The notes beneath the pieces were generated by a model. It saw nothing but the letters and a program-made list of their open reading frames with translations, had not been told where the DNA came from and did not search any database. This document shows positions 51,999-64,000 of a stretch of 64,000 nt of DNA, piece after piece (position 1 is the stretch's first letter; each line of letters starts with the position of its first letter). The position numbers and the translations under genes were made by a program. Source of the DNA: Aureliella sp. (GTDB lineage: Bacteria; Planctomycetota; Planctomycetia; Pirellulales; Pirellulaceae); assembly GCA_963691875.1 (NCBI GenBank), contig OY829846.1, positions 2,336,001 to 2,400,000 of the forward strand. Reading direction: 5' to 3'.

Positions 51999-53495
51999 TT
52001 ATCGACGACTGTAAAGCTGAATTTCGTCACAGTCGATTGTTTCCTCAGCGGCTTCGATGCGTAGGATAACTTGCCATGGATCTCGTGAGTGATCACCAGA
52101 ACTCTTAGGCGTTTGGGCTTCGATGCTAAACTCCTGCCAAGCTGTTCCAGGCTGGACAGTCAGCTCTTGCACTAGCTCTTTCAACTCGTTTCGATATTGC
52201 TGATCGCGGAATTCAATTCGAAGTTTGGCTTTGGCGGAATTAGGAGATCTTAGTTTCATTTTGAAAGTGTAGGTATTTGATACTGTGGCTGGATTGGGCT
52301 GGTGTACTTGGGTGCCTTGCGGAAGATGCAAGTACCAATCCCCCTCTGCACTGTCGTCAGGAGCATGAATTCGCCGAGCACCATCCTGAGCATAGCGCCA
52401 GCCGAAACCGCCGAAGGGAGCCGCGTGTTCAAAACTGCCGTTGGCAACGTGGCCGCCGCGACCAAATCCATCCATGACATCCATTTCGCGAATGGGCCCC
52501 CAATCGGCGTTGATTGACTTAAGATGATTCACTAGCGTTTTCGCCATGCCAGCATGATCGTATTCACAACCATGCCACTCATTGAAGAGCCACGGAAATA
52601 CGACTCGAGAAGAATTCTCATCTCCAAATTCTTCAAGCACTTCGCTGGTGTAGTTGGCTGTCTCTTTTCGATCCCAGCCGTATCCATTCATCACAACGAT
52701 GTGCGAATCACGATGGACGCTCCTCAGTTCGCGTAGCAAAGTCAAATAGTTTCGTTTTATCTCAGTCTTATCTCTGCGATTGATATCGTTCGCACCAACA
52801 TTCAGCACCACAATGTCGACAACGAAGCGTGAGAAATCCCAACTTGGCTCGTCTTCGTAGTAATCATTCTTACCCATAAATGCGAGAACTGAATTCTGTT
52901 GCCCAAGAATCGTAGCACCGCCGACAGAAATATTCTGGTACTCGGCGTCAAGCATACGGGATGCGATGCCTGCAAATGTGAAGTGACATCCCGCGAACTC
53001 AGGTGCACCCTCATTCTTTTCGTGCCCTAATGAGTGGCCGGACAGGTTTGAATCGCCGTAGAATTGAATCCTGATCCGTTGTTCTTCGTTTTCGACAGGG
53101 AGCAGCTTACCGCCTTCCGCGCTAACGCCATGAAGGCGAAGCTTGCCCCGATGAGCATAAGTTTCTTTGACCACTTCGACCAAGTGCTTGCCGTGGCCGA
53201 GCTTTTGAGCCAGCACATACTCATGCTTTCCAGGCTTGAGCTTCAGCTTCTTTGAATTGACGTGATCTCCGTCGACGATCACCCTCAAGTACTCGACAGC
53301 ATCGCTCTCCAACTCAGCGAAAACACCACTTCCTTCAAAGGCTGCTAGAAAAGACGAGCCTTGCCAGGCACACCAAGGAGCTTCGTGTTTCTCGAGTACC
53401 CAGCGGCCCGTGAATCGCACATCCGGCTCAGTCGTATCAGCACGCAGACTGGTAGCAAATAGAATGAGGAATGCAATCGAACACTTGAAAATCAT
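51999..53495 (-). CDS. SGNH/GDSL esterase (CE2-like) with C-terminal carbohydrate-binding-like domain
   Basis: VRFTGRW N-terminal module, FYGDSNLSG, NVGAND, then NGSFE...W beta-sandwich; signal peptide. Confidence 0.75.
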   Translation of the reverse strand: MIFKCSIAFLILFATSLRADTTEPDVRFTGRWVLEKHEAPWCAWQGSSFLAAFEGSGVFAELESDAVEYLRVIVDGDHVNSKKLKLKPGKHEYVLAQKLGHGKHLVEVVKETYAHRGKLRLHGVSAEGGKLLPVENEEQRIRIQFYGDSNLSGHSLGHEKNEGAPEFAGCHFTFAGIASRMLDAEYQNISVGGATILGQQNSVLAFMGKNDYYEDEPSWDFSRFVVDIVVLNVGANDINRRDKTEIKRNYLTLLRELRSVHRDSHIVVMNGYGWDRKETANYTSEVLEEFGDENSSRVVFPWLFNEWHGCEYDHAGMAKTLVNHLKSINADWGPIREMDVMDGFGRGGHVANGSFEHAAPFGGFGWRYAQDGARRIHAPDDSAEGDWYLHLPQGTQVHQPNPATVSNTYTFKMKLRSPNSAKAKLRIEFRDQQYRNELKELVQELTVQPGTAWQEFSIEAQTPKSSGDHSRDPWQVILRIEAAEETIDCDEIQLYSRR

Positions 53496-53677
53496 AGCGC
53501 ACCGAATTCTGTAGTGGACTTTGCCATAAGTCCCGTCACTAAACGTGTGGTCGCATTGTAGGAGGAATTCTGGCGAATCCCACTACGATACGCTTGCTCT
53601 GCTGTATTCTATATTCTGTGACCGATGACGCGCTCCGCTGCACTTTTGAAACGGATCTCGCCTGGAGATCATCTCAT

Positions 53678-54865
53678 ATGACTCGACGAGAAAAAATCAC
53701 CTGCCTTCTCTCTTGCGTTTTGCCACTACTGGTGTGTCCGGGCAAGGCTGGGGCTCAGAGTGTCGAATCGGTCAAGAAGCCGCAGCTGGTTCTCGCTCAC
53801 TATATGCCTTGGTACACGGCAAAACCTTTTTCCGATCACTGGGGCTGGCACTGGACGATGGATCATTTCGCTCCAGACAAGGAGACTGACGGCAAGCGAC
53901 AGATCGCCTCCAAATTTTATCCGATCATCGGCCCCTATGATTCGTGCGATCCCGATGTACTGGAATATCACCTGTTGTTGATGAAGCTAGCGGGTATCGA
54001 CGGAGTCATCGTGGACTGGTACGGGCTGACTAGTCATCGTGATTACGCCATTTTGCACCGAAACACGACGCGGCTGCTTCAGCAATGCGAGCGACTCAAA
54101 ATGAAGTTTGTCATTTGCTACGAAGATCAGACGATTCCGGCTTTGGTCGATGGCAAGCGAATCACAAAAGGGAATCAGGTCTCTCACGCGGTGGGAGAGA
54201 TCAATTGGCTAGGCAAGTATTGGTTCAAGTCTGGTGCTTACGTCAAGCTCAGCGGAGAGCCGGTTTTACTTTCGTTCGGGCATGCAGGACTCTCCAGGCA
54301 AGAGTGGAAAGCATGTTTATCAAGGCTCGATTCTCCAGTGGCTTACTTCAGCCAAGATATTCGTCGCGACGGCGCTGTAGGTGGATTTGGCTGGCCAGCT
54401 CCGAAAGTGGGAATGCGACAGGTGGACCATTTTCTTCAGCAGTCCGCCAAGTGGCCAGCCAGAATCCCCGCCGCATTCCCTCGTTTCGAGGATATCTACA
54501 AGCAAGCGGGTATAAGCGAGGGCTATCCAGTTCTGCCCGATAACAGCGGACGAACTCTCACGGATACTCTGCAGAAAGCCATCCATTCGAAAGCTCCGAT
54601 TATTCAGATCGCAACCTGGAACGACTGGGGCGAAGGTACGCAGATCGAACCTAGTCGCGAACATGGTTACAGGGATCTGCAACTCATTCGAAGAACCTTG
54701 CACAGCGAGTACCCTGATACCATGCCAAAAGATTTCCTCCTTCCCAAACGATTGCTTGACGCTCGCCGCAGTGGCCTCGAGAAGAAAAAAGCCGATTCCA
54801 TTGCAAATGCAATTTTTGCTGGCGAGCTGAAGCTGGCAAAGAGTCTATTGGACGAACCAACCTGA
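53678..54865 (+). CDS. Glycoside hydrolase, GH71/GH99-like
   Basis: AHYMPWY, YPIIGPYDS, AGIDGVIVDWYG and ATWNDWGEGTQIEP; signal peptide. Confidence 0.82.
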   Translation: MTRREKITCLLSCVLPLLVCPGKAGAQSVESVKKPQLVLAHYMPWYTAKPFSDHWGWHWTMDHFAPDKETDGKRQIASKFYPIIGPYDSCDPDVLEYHLLLMKLAGIDGVIVDWYGLTSHRDYAILHRNTTRLLQQCERLKMKFVICYEDQTIPALVDGKRITKGNQVSHAVGEINWLGKYWFKSGAYVKLSGEPVLLSFGHAGLSRQEWKACLSRLDSPVAYFSQDIRRDGAVGGFGWPAPKVGMRQVDHFLQQSAKWPARIPAAFPRFEDIYKQAGISEGYPVLPDNSGRTLTDTLQKAIHSKAPIIQIATWNDWGEGTQIEPSREHGYRDLQLIRRTLHSEYPDTMPKDFLLPKRLLDARRSGLEKKKADSIANAIFAGELKLAKSLLDEPT

Positions 54866-55305
54866 ATCAGCTCTTCGCACCGCTTATTTCGTTCTTCACG
54901 GTCAACGCTTGGGAAGACGAATCATAGAGCGCGAGGTATGCGAAAGGTGAGAAAGAAAATATGAGGGGCAAGGCACGAGCTCTCGTCACCGCGACTTTGC
55001 GTCCTCGCGCGTGGCCCGAGGGGTTTTGGGCCATTTTGCTGCCAACTCATGGGAACCTGGACAGCAAGGAGAGAAGCCGAAAGTCTTGACAACTTCCGCT
55101 ATCTCAACCAACGCGAAGAACCGCTATGGGGGAATATAGGCAAGTGACTGGATTGACAATCGCGAGAGTATGGGCTGCTTAAGCCTGCTATCCAAAAGGA
55201 AAAGTGGGGATCTCAGGCACAAAACGTGCCAAATGGGGGAAATTGCGTCACTGCAGGCTTTGGGCCAAACCCGCGAATAATCGAAAATTCGAGTCTTACT
55301 TGGGT

Positions 55306-55334
55306 TTGTCAGTTGTCGACAGGTCGGATATATT
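55306..55334 (+). promoter_or_regulatory. Possible sigma70 promoter for rpoBC
   Basis: TTGTCA-17 nt-TATATT, about 370 nt upstream of rpoB. Confidence 0.45.
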
Positions 55335-55705
55335 TTCTCATCGCATGTCGGTCAGCTCACATCTCACCCCAAATCTCTTTCTTCTGCGCACTCGGCGTCA
55401 GGAAAACCGTCTAAAGTTGCGCAACCACTTTGGAACTGCAGAGGACGGTGGTTCTCCAGTTTCGCTACGGCGGGGTCGGTGTACGTGAACTATCGATGTG
55501 GGACTCGGCGTCTAGGTCGTTAACTGACCGAATGCAAACCTAGTTGAAGAATGCGTGGGATCGCTGCCTGTGCAACTGAGTCCTGAGTTTGATCGATGCG
55601 AAAAAAGAAGACAAACGAGTAAACGACTGATTGGTTTCACCGCGACTCCAATGGCAATTGGAGTTATCGGTCAATTAGCAGCCTCATTAGGAGTACGTAA
55701 CGTCC

Positions 55706-58700
55706 ATGGCCACACCTTCAACACGACGTTTAGAACCAACGGATGTACGCAGATTCGGTTCTGGTCTCGACGGACTAGCGATTCCGAGCCTAACGGATTT
55801 GCAAACCAAGAGCTACGCCGCTTTTCTGCAAGAAGAGTCCGGTTCTGAAAATCGCAATAACTTGGGTTTGGAGTCCGTCTTTCAAGAGATCTTTCCGATC
55901 GAAAGCTATGACAAGACGGTGAGCTTGGAGTACTTGCGCTTCGAACTCGGCAAGCCGCGGTACACGCCAGCTGAATGCCGTCAGCTGCGTCTGACTTACG
56001 GCAAACCCATGAAGGTCTGGTTGCGTCTGAATCGCGAGCAGCCGATCGAAGAAGAAGTCTACCTTGGCGATATTCCAATTATGCTTGGCGGTGGTGAGTT
56101 CATCATCAACGGTGCTGAGCGTGTGGTGGTCAGCCAGTTGCACCGAAGCCCTGGTGTCGATTTCGTGGAAGAAACCGAAACCACGACCGATCGTAAGCTA
56201 CCAAGCTGCCGGGTAATTCCTGAGCGTGGTAGTTGGATCGAAGTCAACATCACCAAGAAGGACAGTCTGAGCGTCCGTATCGACCAGAGCGGTAAGTTCT
56301 CTGTGATGACTTTGTTGCGCGCGATGAGCCCCGAGCACAGCACCGACCGCGACTTGCTGAATGTCTTCTACGATGTGAAGACCGAGAAGGTCGTCGATGG
56401 TCGTAGCGCGGCGAAGCTAGAGGGCAAAGTTGCTGCCGACGATATCGTTTACCCGAGCGATTCCGAGCGAGCTGGCGAAGTCATCCTCGAAGCGGGCAAC
56501 AAGATCTCTGGCGATCTCGCCGAATTGATCTGTACTTCGGGTGTCGGTGAAGTCGACGTGATGGAAGCTCCGAAGACTCCATTGGTCACTAATGCGTTGG
56601 CGGAAGACAACACCAGCAGCCACGAAGAAGCGTTGCTGAGAATCTACCAGCGTTTGCGTCCTGGTAATCCACCACAACTCGAAAAAGCTCGCACTCTCTT
56701 TCACGAGAAATTCTTCGACGTCAATCGATATCGCCTCGGCCGTGTCGGTCGCTTCCGCCTGAACCGAAAGCTTGGTCTAGCGGTAGACGAAAATGAAATG
56801 ACTTTGCGTCCAGAAGATTTGATCGCCTCGATCAAGTACATGATCGATTTGTTCGATCCAGATTCCGGCGCGATGTTCGACGACATTGACCACTTGGGCA
56901 ACCGTCGCCTGCGAACGATCGACGAGTTGGCTTGTGAGGAATTGCGAAAAGGATTCTTAAAGCTGCGTCGTACAGTCCAAGAGCGCATGAGCCTCAAGGA
57001 AGCTGATGAGATGTCTCCCCGCAGCTTGGTCAATCCCAAGAGTATCAGTGCGGCGATCGAGTACTTCTTCGGACGCGGTGAACTCTCCCAGGTTGTTGAC
57101 CAGACGAACCCGCTCAGTCAACTGACTCACGAGCGTCGCTTGTCGGCGCTCGGCCCCGGTGGTTTGAATCGAAAACGAGCTGGCTTCGAAGTGCGCGACG
57201 TTCACATTTCGCACTACGGTCGAATCTGCCCAATTGAAACGCCTGAAGGTACTAACATTGGTTTGATCAGCTCGTTGGCGATCTACGCTGGTGTTGATGA
57301 CTACGGTTTCTTGATCACTCCTTACCGAGTCATCAAAAACGGTAAGCTCACTGACGAAGTGCAATGGCTGCGTGCTGACCAAGAAGCGGATGCATACATT
57401 TGCCCAGCCGACACCGAGGTCAAAGAAGGCTCGTTGGTCGCGGGGGCTAATTTGATCGCTCGCTATCACGCTGATTTCCAGATCGTCCAGCCTGATGAAG
57501 TTCAATATATGGACATCGCACCTAGCCAGATGGTTGGTGTTTCGGCTGGTTTGATTCCGTTCCTCGAGCATGACGATGCTAACCGAGCTTTGATGGGCTC
57601 GAACATGCAGCGGCAAGCCGTTCCTTTGCTCGTTGCCGAACCACCGATCGTCGGCACTGGCATGGAGCGTGAAGTCGCAACCAACAGTGCGATGGTCATC
57701 CGAGCCGAGCGAGCCGGTACGGTTAAGTATTGTGACGCGACGCGAATTGAAGTTGGCTCTGACGTTTACGAACTCAAAAAGTACCAAGGGCTCAACGAGC
57801 GTACTTGCCTCAACCAGAAACCGATCATTAATGTCGGCGACAAAGTCGAGAAGGGTCAAGTGCTCGCCGATGGTGCGGCAACCTACAAGGGTGAACTCGC
57901 TCTGGGTAGGAACGTGCTTGTAGGCTTCATGTCGTACGACGGATACAACTACGAGGATGCGATCATCATCTCGGAAGAATTGGTGCGAGCTGACACTTAC
58001 ACATCGATTCACATCGAAGACTTTGATGTAGAAATCCGTGAAACCAAGCTAGGCCGCGAAGAGTTCACTCGTGATATCCCGAATGTTTCCGAGAAGGCTT
58101 TGGCCAACTTGGATGAAACGGGCATCGTGCAAGTTGGAACTTACGTGCGGCCTGGAGATATCCTGGTCGGTAAGGTTTCGCCGAAAAGCAAGACGGAGCT
58201 GACTCCGGAAGAAAAACTTCTCCACGCGATTTTTGGTCGTGCGGGAGAAGACGTGAAGAACGACTCACTGGAAGTTCCGTCCGGCATCGAAGGTATCGTG
58301 ATCGATACTCAGAAGTTCAGCCGTCGCATGAGCTTGTCGGATGACGAGCGTAAGGTATTCGAGAACCAGCTGAAGGAAATCGAAGGCGAAGGTAACGCCG
58401 AGATTTCCGCCGCCTTCACGACTTTCGTCGAAGAGATGGAAAAGGCAATTGGTTCGAAGCTAACCGACGACGACGGAACTCCTCTCGCGGGTGACCAAGA
58501 TCCGAAGTTCGTTGCTGAGAATGCCCAGACCTTCAACTTATCGCGTTTGATGAACAAGCACGACGAGAAGTACCACGCGGATATGCGTAAAGTTTACAAG
58601 CAGCACTGGGCGAGCGTTGAAGAAACGATCGATGTCCGTGACCGCAAGCTGAATAGCATGAAGCGTGGTGACGAGCTGCGAAGTGGTGTTCTTCAAATGG

Positions 58701-59425
58701 TGAAAGTCTACATCGCTACGAAGCGAACAATCAGCGTCGGTGACAAGATGGCCGGTCGTCACGGTAACAAGGGTGTTATCTCGAAAGTACTTCCGATCGC
58801 TGACATGCCCCACTTACCAGATGGTACGCCACTTCAAATCATGCTCAACCCACTCGGTGTACCTAGCCGTATGAATGTGGGACAGATCTTGGAGACGCAC
58901 CTAGGATGGGCCGGTGCAAAACTTGGCTTCCAATCCATCACCCCAGTCTTCGACGGTGCGAAGGAAGAGGACATCAACAACTGCTTGGACGAAGCAGGAT
59001 TGCCTCGCCACGGCAAGATTCGGTTGATCGACGGTCGTACGGGCGAGCCGATGGAGCAAGAGACGACGGTTGGCTACATCTACATGCTCAAACTCCACCA
59101 CCTGGTGGACGACAAGGTACACGCTAGAAGCACCGGACCTTACTCCTTGATTACCCAACAGCCTCTCGGCGGAAAGGCTCGCTTTGGCGGCCAGCGCTTC
59201 GGGGAGATGGAAGTTTGGGCTCTCGAGGCGTACGGCGCCGCTTACATCTTGCAAGAATTGCTGACGGTGAAGAGCGATGATGTCGAAGGCCGAACCAAGA
59301 TTTACGAGTCGATGGTCAAGGGTGAGAACACCTTGGAGGCTGGTACGCCTGCTAGCTTCGACGTTTTGACCAACGAGATCCGAGGCTTAGGACTGAACAT
59401 GCGTTTGGAAAAACGCAAACTGTAA
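55706..59425 (+). CDS. rpoB: RNA polymerase beta subunit
   Basis: [39 protein letters not shown] and [16 protein letters not shown]. Confidence 0.99.
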   Translation: MATPSTRRLEPTDVRRFGSGLDGLAIPSLTDLQTKSYAAFLQEESGSENRNNLGLESVFQEIFPIESYDKTVSLEYLRFELGKPRYTPAECRQLRLTYGKPMKVWLRLNREQPIEEEVYLGDIPIMLGGGEFIINGAERVVVSQLHRSPGVDFVEETETTTDRKLPSCRVIPERGSWIEVNITKKDSLSVRIDQSGKFSVMTLLRAMSPEHSTDRDLLNVFYDVKTEKVVDGRSAAKLEGKVAADDIVYPSDSERAGEVILEAGNKISGDLAELICTSGVGEVDVMEAPKTPLVTNALAEDNTSSHEEALLRIYQRLRPGNPPQLEKARTLFHEKFFDVNRYRLGRVGRFRLNRKLGLAVDENEMTLRPEDLIASIKYMIDLFDPDSGAMFDDIDHLGNRRLRTIDELACEELRKGFLKLRRTVQERMSLKEADEMSPRSLVNPKSISAAIEYFFGRGELSQVVDQTNPLSQLTHERRLSALGPGGLNRKRAGFEVRDVHISHYGRICPIETPEGTNIGLISSLAIYAGVDDYGFLITPYRVIKNGKLTDEVQWLRADQEADAYICPADTEVKEGSLVAGANLIARYHADFQIVQPDEVQYMDIAPSQMVGVSAGLIPFLEHDDANRALMGSNMQRQAVPLLVAEPPIVGTGMEREVATNSAMVIRAERAGTVKYCDATRIEVGSDVYELKKYQGLNERTCLNQKPIINVGDKVEKGQVLADGAATYKGELALGRNVLVGFMSYDGYNYEDAIIISEELVRADTYTSIHIEDFDVEIRETKLGREEFTRDIPNVSEKALANLDETGIVQVGTYVRPGDILVGKVSPKSKTELTPEEKLLHAIFGRAGEDVKNDSLEVPSGIEGIVIDTQKFSRRMSLSDDERKVFENQLKEIEGEGNAEISAAFTTFVEEMEKAIGSKLTDDDGTPLAGDQDPKFVAENAQTFNLSRLMNKHDEKYHADMRKVYKQHWASVEETIDVRDRKLNSMKRGDELRSGVLQMVKVYIATKRTISVGDKMAGRHGNKGVISKVLPIADMPHLPDGTPLQIMLNPLGVPSRMNVGQILETHLGWAGAKLGFQSITPVFDGAKEEDINNCLDEAGLPRHGKIRLIDGRTGEPMEQETTVGYIYMLKLHHLVDDKVHARSTGPYSLITQQPLGGKARFGGQRFGEMEVWALEAYGAAYILQELLTVKSDDVEGRTKIYESMVKGENTLEAGTPASFDVLTNEIRGLGLNMRLEKRKL

Positions 59426-59621
59426 TCAAAGTCGATCATTTGCAGCGAGATCGCCGGGGAGCGTCGTTCTCGCTTTGCTGCCGGGGCATTCCCGACAGAT
59501 GCTCCCAACCATCAAACACAAAGATACAACAATAAAAGTTAGGTCGCTCATGTGAGCCGAGTTTGGTCAGGATCGCCAAACTGACTCCATGAACCTATCC
59601 AGATAGCCAGGAGCCGCGTTC

Positions 59622-62600
59622 ATGTCGACAGCTGAAACCGCCAGTTACGATCGCGTCAATGATTTCACTTCCGTCAAGATTAGCTTGGCCCGTCCACAGG
59701 ACATCCGCAGCTGGTCGTTTGGTGAAGTCAAGAAGCCAGAAACGATCAACTACCGAACTTATCGCCCAGAGAAGGACGGTTTGTTCTGTGAGCGAATCTT
59801 TGGACCAGAGAAGGACTGGGAATGTGCATGCGGCAAGTACCGCGGCATGAAGTACAAGGGAATGATCTGCGATCGTTGTGGCGTAAAGGTCACACACTCG
59901 CGCGTTCGTCGTAAGCGCATGGGCCACATTGAGCTGGCTGCGCCGATCGTTCACATCTGGTTCTTCAAAGCTATGCCTAGCCGCCTGGGTGCATTGCTTG
60001 GCATGAAGACTTCCAGTCTTGAGAAAATCATCTATTTCCAAGACTACGTCGTTTTGGATCCAAAAGAAACAGAACTTCAGAAGCTCGCCCTGATGAGCGA
60101 AGCAGAGTACCGCGAAGCACGCCAACAATACGGAGACGGAGCTTTCGAAGCAGCCATGGGTGCTGAAGCAATCCGCACTCTGCTCACCGATTTGGATCTG
60201 ACAGCCTTGGGTGAAACACTTCGCAAAGAACTCTCAGAAACGAAGAGCAAGCAGAAGAAGAAGGATCTAAGCACCCGTCTGAAGCTCGTCGAAGCAATCC
60301 GAGACAGCGACAACCGTCCTGAGTGGATGGTCCTGGACGTGATCCCGGTGATTCCTCCGGACTTGCGACCACTGGTCCTGTTGGACAGTGGCAACTTCGC
60401 GACCAGCGACCTGAATGACCTGTATCGTCGGATCATCAACCGGAACAACCGTTTGCGCAAGCTGGTTGACCTGAACGCACCAGAAGTCATCATTCGTAAC
60501 GAAAAGCGAATGTTGCAGCAATCTGTCGACGCTCTGTTCGACAACAACCGCTGCAAGCGTCCTGTACTTGGCTCTAGCAACCGACCGCTGAAGTCCTTGA
60601 CCGATATGATCAAGGGTAAGCAGGGGCGTTTCCGTGAAAACCTGCTCGGTAAGCGCGTCGACTACTCGGCACGTAGTGTGATCGTTGTTGGGCCTCGCCT
60701 ACGTCTGCACCAGTGTGGTCTTCCGAAGAAGATCGCTTTGGAACTCTACCAGCCATTCATCATTCGTAAGCTCAAGGATCTTGGTCACGCTGACACGATC
60801 AAGTCCGCGAAGAAAATGCTGGAGCGGAAGGACGAAGAAGTTTGGGACATTCTCGAGCAAGTGATTCGCAATCATCCAGTATTGCTCAACCGAGCACCAA
60901 CCTTGCACCGGATGGGTATTCAAGCCTTTGAACCGAACTTGGTAGAGGGCAACGCGATCCACCTGCACCCGTTGGTTTGCAAAGGCTTCAACGCTGACTT
61001 CGACGGCGACCAGATGGCGGTTCACTTGCCGCTTTCCCTGGAAGCACAAGTCGAAGCTCACACGTTGATGATGAGCACGCACAACATCTTCGCACCAAGT
61101 AATGGGCGCCCGATCATGAGTCCTTCGCAGGACACGGTCATGGGTTGTTACTTTATCACCATCGAAAAGCCCGCAATGAAGGGCGAGGGAATGGTGTTTT
61201 CGTCGATGGCAGAAGCGGATTTGGCTTTCAACCAAGGCGTCATTCACTTGCACGCACGCATCAAAGTGCGATTGCCGAAGCACCGCCGTCTGAAGACAGA
61301 AGAAGGTACTGCGAAGTTTGGCGACTTGATCGAAACCACCTACGGTCGTGTCATGTTCAACATGATGCTCCCGGACGGCTTGGACTACTACAACTTCGCG
61401 CTTCGAGGCAGTGACTTGGCGTCGGTCATTAGTGACTGTTACCAGCGATTGGGACGTCGAGCGACGATTAATCTGCTCGACGATATGAATCAACTTGGCT
61501 TCCGCGAGTCGACTAGAAGTGGTTTGTCTTTCGGCACTGATGACTTGGTTACGCCGGACTCGAAATTCACCTTCATTTCCGCCACTGAAAAGGAAGTGAT
61601 GAAGCTGAAGAAGAGTCACGACCGTGGTTTGATGACAGCTCAAGAGCGTTATCGTTCGGTACTCGACCTTTGGACGCACGCTCGGGAGAACATCAGCCGC
61701 GATATGATGCAGGCGATGGAGCATGATGAGCACTTGGGTGCTTGGTATGTGAACCCTGTATTCTTGATGGCTCACTCCGGTGCTCGTGGTGGTATCGAGC
61801 AGATTCGGCAGCTGGCTGGCATGCGGGGTCTGATGGCCAAGCCAACAGGTGAAATCATTGAGACGCCAATTAAGGCTAACTTCCGTGAAGGATTGACCGT
61901 ACTTGAGTACTTTTCTTCCACGCACGGTGCTCGAAAGGGCTTGGCCGATACGGCACTCAAGACCGCTGACTCCGGTTACTTGACTCGTAAACTTGCTGAC
62001 GTTGCCCAAAACGTGGTTATCACGATGGACGATTGTGGCACCACGCAAGGTATCACCAAGGGTGTTGTTTACCGCGGCGAGAAAGTCGAAGTCCGTTTGG
62101 TCGATTCGATCAATGGTCGTGTCTCGCGGCAAAACATCGTCAATCCGATTACGGACGAAGTGATCGTCAAAGAAAATCAGATGATCGATCGCGAGATCGC
62201 TCGTAAGATCGAGGAAATGGGCTTGGAGAAGATCCAAGTTCGCAGCCCAATGACATGCGATGCATCGCTTGGTGTTTGCCGCAAGTGCTACGGCATGGAC
62301 ATGTCGACTGGTGCCGAAGTAGAAGAAGGCATGGCGGTTGGTATCATCGCTGCCCAGTCGATCGGTGAACCTGGTACTCAATTGACTATGCGTACATTCC
62401 ACATTGGTGGTGCGGTGAACACCTCGGTCGAAGAGGCCGACGTCAAAGCCAAGCGAGGTGGTCGCGTGAAGTTCGCGAAGATGCGGACTGTAACTAACCA
62501 AGAAGGCGTTCAGATCGTTCTGACTCGGAACAGTGAAATTGTCTTGCTCGATCCAAAGGGTCGTGAAATCGAGAAGTTTGATGTTCCCGCCGCTGCTATG

Positions 62601-64000
62601 CTGAAAGTCGCTGAAGACGATGAAGCAGCACCAGGTCAGGTTCTCTGCGAATGGAACCCTCACAAAATCCCAATCATCTGTGAGGTCGGCGGTAAGGTTC
62701 GCTTCGATGATGTTGTCGAAGGCGAAACCATGCGTCTGGAGCGCGATCCAGGCGGTGGACTTCGTCAGCAAATTGTCGATCACAAGGGTGAGCTGCACCC
62801 TCAGATCGTGGTTGAAGACGAAGATGGTAAGCCACTCGACGTTTACTACTTACCAGAACGTGCGGAAATTAGTACTCAGGAAGGAACCATCGTCACTGCT
62901 GGTACCGAGCTAGCTCAGATGCCGCGTGAATCAAAGGGAGTTGCCGACATCACCGGTGGTCTGCCTCGAGTCACGGAAATTTTCGAAGCTCGTAAGCCGA
63001 AAGATCCTGCGGTCGTCGCCGAAGTCGACGGTATCGTTGAACTGCAGCAAACTCGGAAACGCGGCAAGCGAACCATCTTGGTTCGCACCGACAGTGGTGC
63101 GGAGCACGAACACTTGGTTCCGCACGGAAAGCGATTCTTGGTTCACACTGGTGACGAAGTCAAGGCGGGCCAAGCTCTGGTCGATGGGCCGTTGGTACCA
63201 CACGACATCTTACGCGTGAGTGGTGAAGAAGCTGTTCAGCAGTATCTGACTCACGAGATTCAGCAGGTCTATCGATCCCAGCGTGTAGAAATCAACGATA
63301 AACACGTCGAAGTCATCATCGCTCGCATGCTGCGAAAGGTGAAGATTGAAACACCTGGCGATACTTCCCTGCTGCCAGGCCTTGTGATGGACAAGTTCGA
63401 ATTCCGCCGTGTGAACGACGAACTCGCAAACTGCTTGAAGGTTTCGGAGCCCGGCGATAGTGACTACGCTGTCGACACCTTGGTTCCGAAGGAATCCTTT
63501 GAGCAAACCAATTTGCAGATCGAAGGCCTGGGCGGAAATCCAGCTAAGGGCAAGAAGCCGAAGCCAGCGACCGCTAGCACTCAGTTGCTCGGTATCACGA
63601 AGGCATCGGTTCAAAGCTCCAGCTTCATTTCAGCAGCGAGCTTCCAAGAAACCACCAAGGTACTGACTGAAGCCGCGTTGGCCGGTAAAGTCGACAAGCT
63701 GGTTGGTCTCAAAGAGAACGTTATCCTTGGTCACCTTATTCCTGCCGGTACTGGATTCCGGACTTTCCAAGAATCGGAAGTATCCTACCGCCGGGAAGCT
63801 CTGGAAGACTTGGTCAACCGTGGTTCAGAAGCGATGGAAACCGAAAGTTTCACGCTATTGGACCAAAGTCCCTCATCAGAAGGTGCCGATCCAGCTCCTG
63901 GAGCGGGAGCCCCCGGTGCCGCTCCAAGCCTCGAAGCGTTGATTGGCGGAGGAGTTACACCGTTGGCAGACTCTCCGATCATGGACGCTCCAGCGGCTGA
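59622..64000 (+). CDS. rpoC: RNA polymerase beta' subunit; C-terminus runs off the window
   Basis: Absent from the ORF track because no in-frame stop is reached. Manual translation shows [16 protein letters not shown], catalytic [13 protein letters not shown] and [13 protein letters not shown]. Confidence 0.98.
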   Translation, partial: MSTAETASYDRVNDFTSVKISLARPQDIRSWSFGEVKKPETINYRTYRPEKDGLFCERIFGPEKDWECACGKYRGMKYKGMICDRCGVKVTHSRVRRKRMGHIELAAPIVHIWFFKAMPSRLGALLGMKTSSLEKIIYFQDYVVLDPKETELQKLALMSEAEYREARQQYGDGAFEAAMGAEAIRTLLTDLDLTALGETLRKELSETKSKQKKKDLSTRLKLVEAIRDSDNRPEWMVLDVIPVIPPDLRPLVLLDSGNFATSDLNDLYRRIINRNNRLRKLVDLNAPEVIIRNEKRMLQQSVDALFDNNRCKRPVLGSSNRPLKSLTDMIKGKQGRFRENLLGKRVDYSARSVIVVGPRLRLHQCGLPKKIALELYQPFIIRKLKDLGHADTIKSAKKMLERKDEEVWDILEQVIRNHPVLLNRAPTLHRMGIQAFEPNLVEGNAIHLHPLVCKGFNADFDGDQMAVHLPLSLEAQVEAHTLMMSTHNIFAPSNGRPIMSPSQDTVMGCYFITIEKPAMKGEGMVFSSMAEADLAFNQGVIHLHARIKVRLPKHRRLKTEEGTAKFGDLIETTYGRVMFNMMLPDGLDYYNFALRGSDLASVISDCYQRLGRRATINLLDDMNQLGFRESTRSGLSFGTDDLVTPDSKFTFISATEKEVMKLKKSHDRGLMTAQERYRSVLDLWTHARENISRDMMQAMEHDEHLGAWYVNPVFLMAHSGARGGIEQIRQLAGMRGLMAKPTGEIIETPIKANFREGLTVLEYFSSTHGARKGLADTALKTADSGYLTRKLADVAQNVVITMDDCGTTQGITKGVVYRGEKVEVRLVDSINGRVSRQNIVNPITDEVIVKENQMIDREIARKIEEMGLEKIQVRSPMTCDASLGVCRKCYGMDMSTGAEVEEGMAVGIIAAQSIGEPGTQLTMRTFHIGGAVNTSVEEADVKAKRGGRVKFAKMRTVTNQEGVQIVLTRNSEIVLLDPKGREIEKFDVPAAAMLKVAEDDEAAPGQVLCEWNPHKIPIICEVGGKVRFDDVVEGETMRLERDPGGGLRQQIVDHKGELHPQIVVEDEDGKPLDVYYLPERAEISTQEGTIVTAGTELAQMPRESKGVADITGGLPRVTEIFEARKPKDPAVVAEVDGIVELQQTRKRGKRTILVRTDSGAEHEHLVPHGKRFLVHTGDEVKAGQALVDGPLVPHDILRVSGEEAVQQYLTHEIQQVYRSQRVEINDKHVEVIIARMLRKVKIETPGDTSLLPGLVMDKFEFRRVNDELANCLKVSEPGDSDYAVDTLVPKESFEQTNLQIEGLGGNPAKGKKPKPATASTQLLGITKASVQSSSFISAASFQETTKVLTEAALAGKVDKLVGLKENVILGHLIPAGTGFRTFQESEVSYRREALEDLVNRGSEAMETESFTLLDQSPSSEGADPAPGAGAPGAAPSLEALIGGGVTPLADSPIMDAPAA

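Noticed and set aside
55086..55158. Two perfect TTGACA hexamers upstream of rpoB
   Set aside because: Neither has a credible -10 element at 16-18 nt spacing.
60699..62798. 699-aa minus-strand ORF (and the 351-aa one at 56957-58012)
   Set aside because: These are antisense shadows of rpoC and rpoB, as expected from codon bias in highly expressed genes, and show no recognisable motifs.
63998..64000. TGA at the window end as the rpoC stop
   Set aside because: It is out of frame with rpoC (ATG 59622), so the gene continues beyond the window.
1..64000. tRNA (including tRNA-Sec), rRNA, CRISPR array, IS/integrase and sel genes
   Set aside because: None was recognised by eye. tRNAscan-SE, Aragorn or Infernal would be needed to exclude atypical RNAs.

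Overview
The window is bacterial chromosome, and its gene families (DUF1549/1553, DUF1592/1552, DUF1501, planctomycete cytochrome c) and ribosomal-protein sequences point to a planctomycete, probably Pirellulales. The left half (1-33 kb) is accessory. It holds a partial sulfatase, an AAA/SMC-like ATPase fused to DUF4332, a DUF1549/1553 + EF-hand lipoprotein pair, an orphan NarL regulator, an enolase-superfamily enzyme, a DUF1592/DUF1552 pair, pckA, a DUF997 + Na+/solute symporter pair, DUF1080, a Gfo/Idh/MocA oxidoreductase, a PSD1/DUF1501 pair and several decayed gene remnants. The right half carries the S10-spc-alpha ribosomal superoperon (rpsJ to rplQ plus rpmG, without rpmD, map, infA, rpmJ or rpsD), a four-gene esterase/hydrolase block, then rpoB and a partial rpoC. 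The most striking signal is a thioredoxin-fold lipoprotein that the ORF track splits in two at an in-frame TGA. That TGA sits exactly at the first Cys of the CxxC motif (GAPW-TGA-GWC) and is followed by a SECIS-like hairpin, making it a candidate exported UxxC selenoprotein. Structured non-coding leaders upstream of rpoB and of the ATPase-DUF4332 gene also merit a look. Family names come from motif recognition only; no searches were run.
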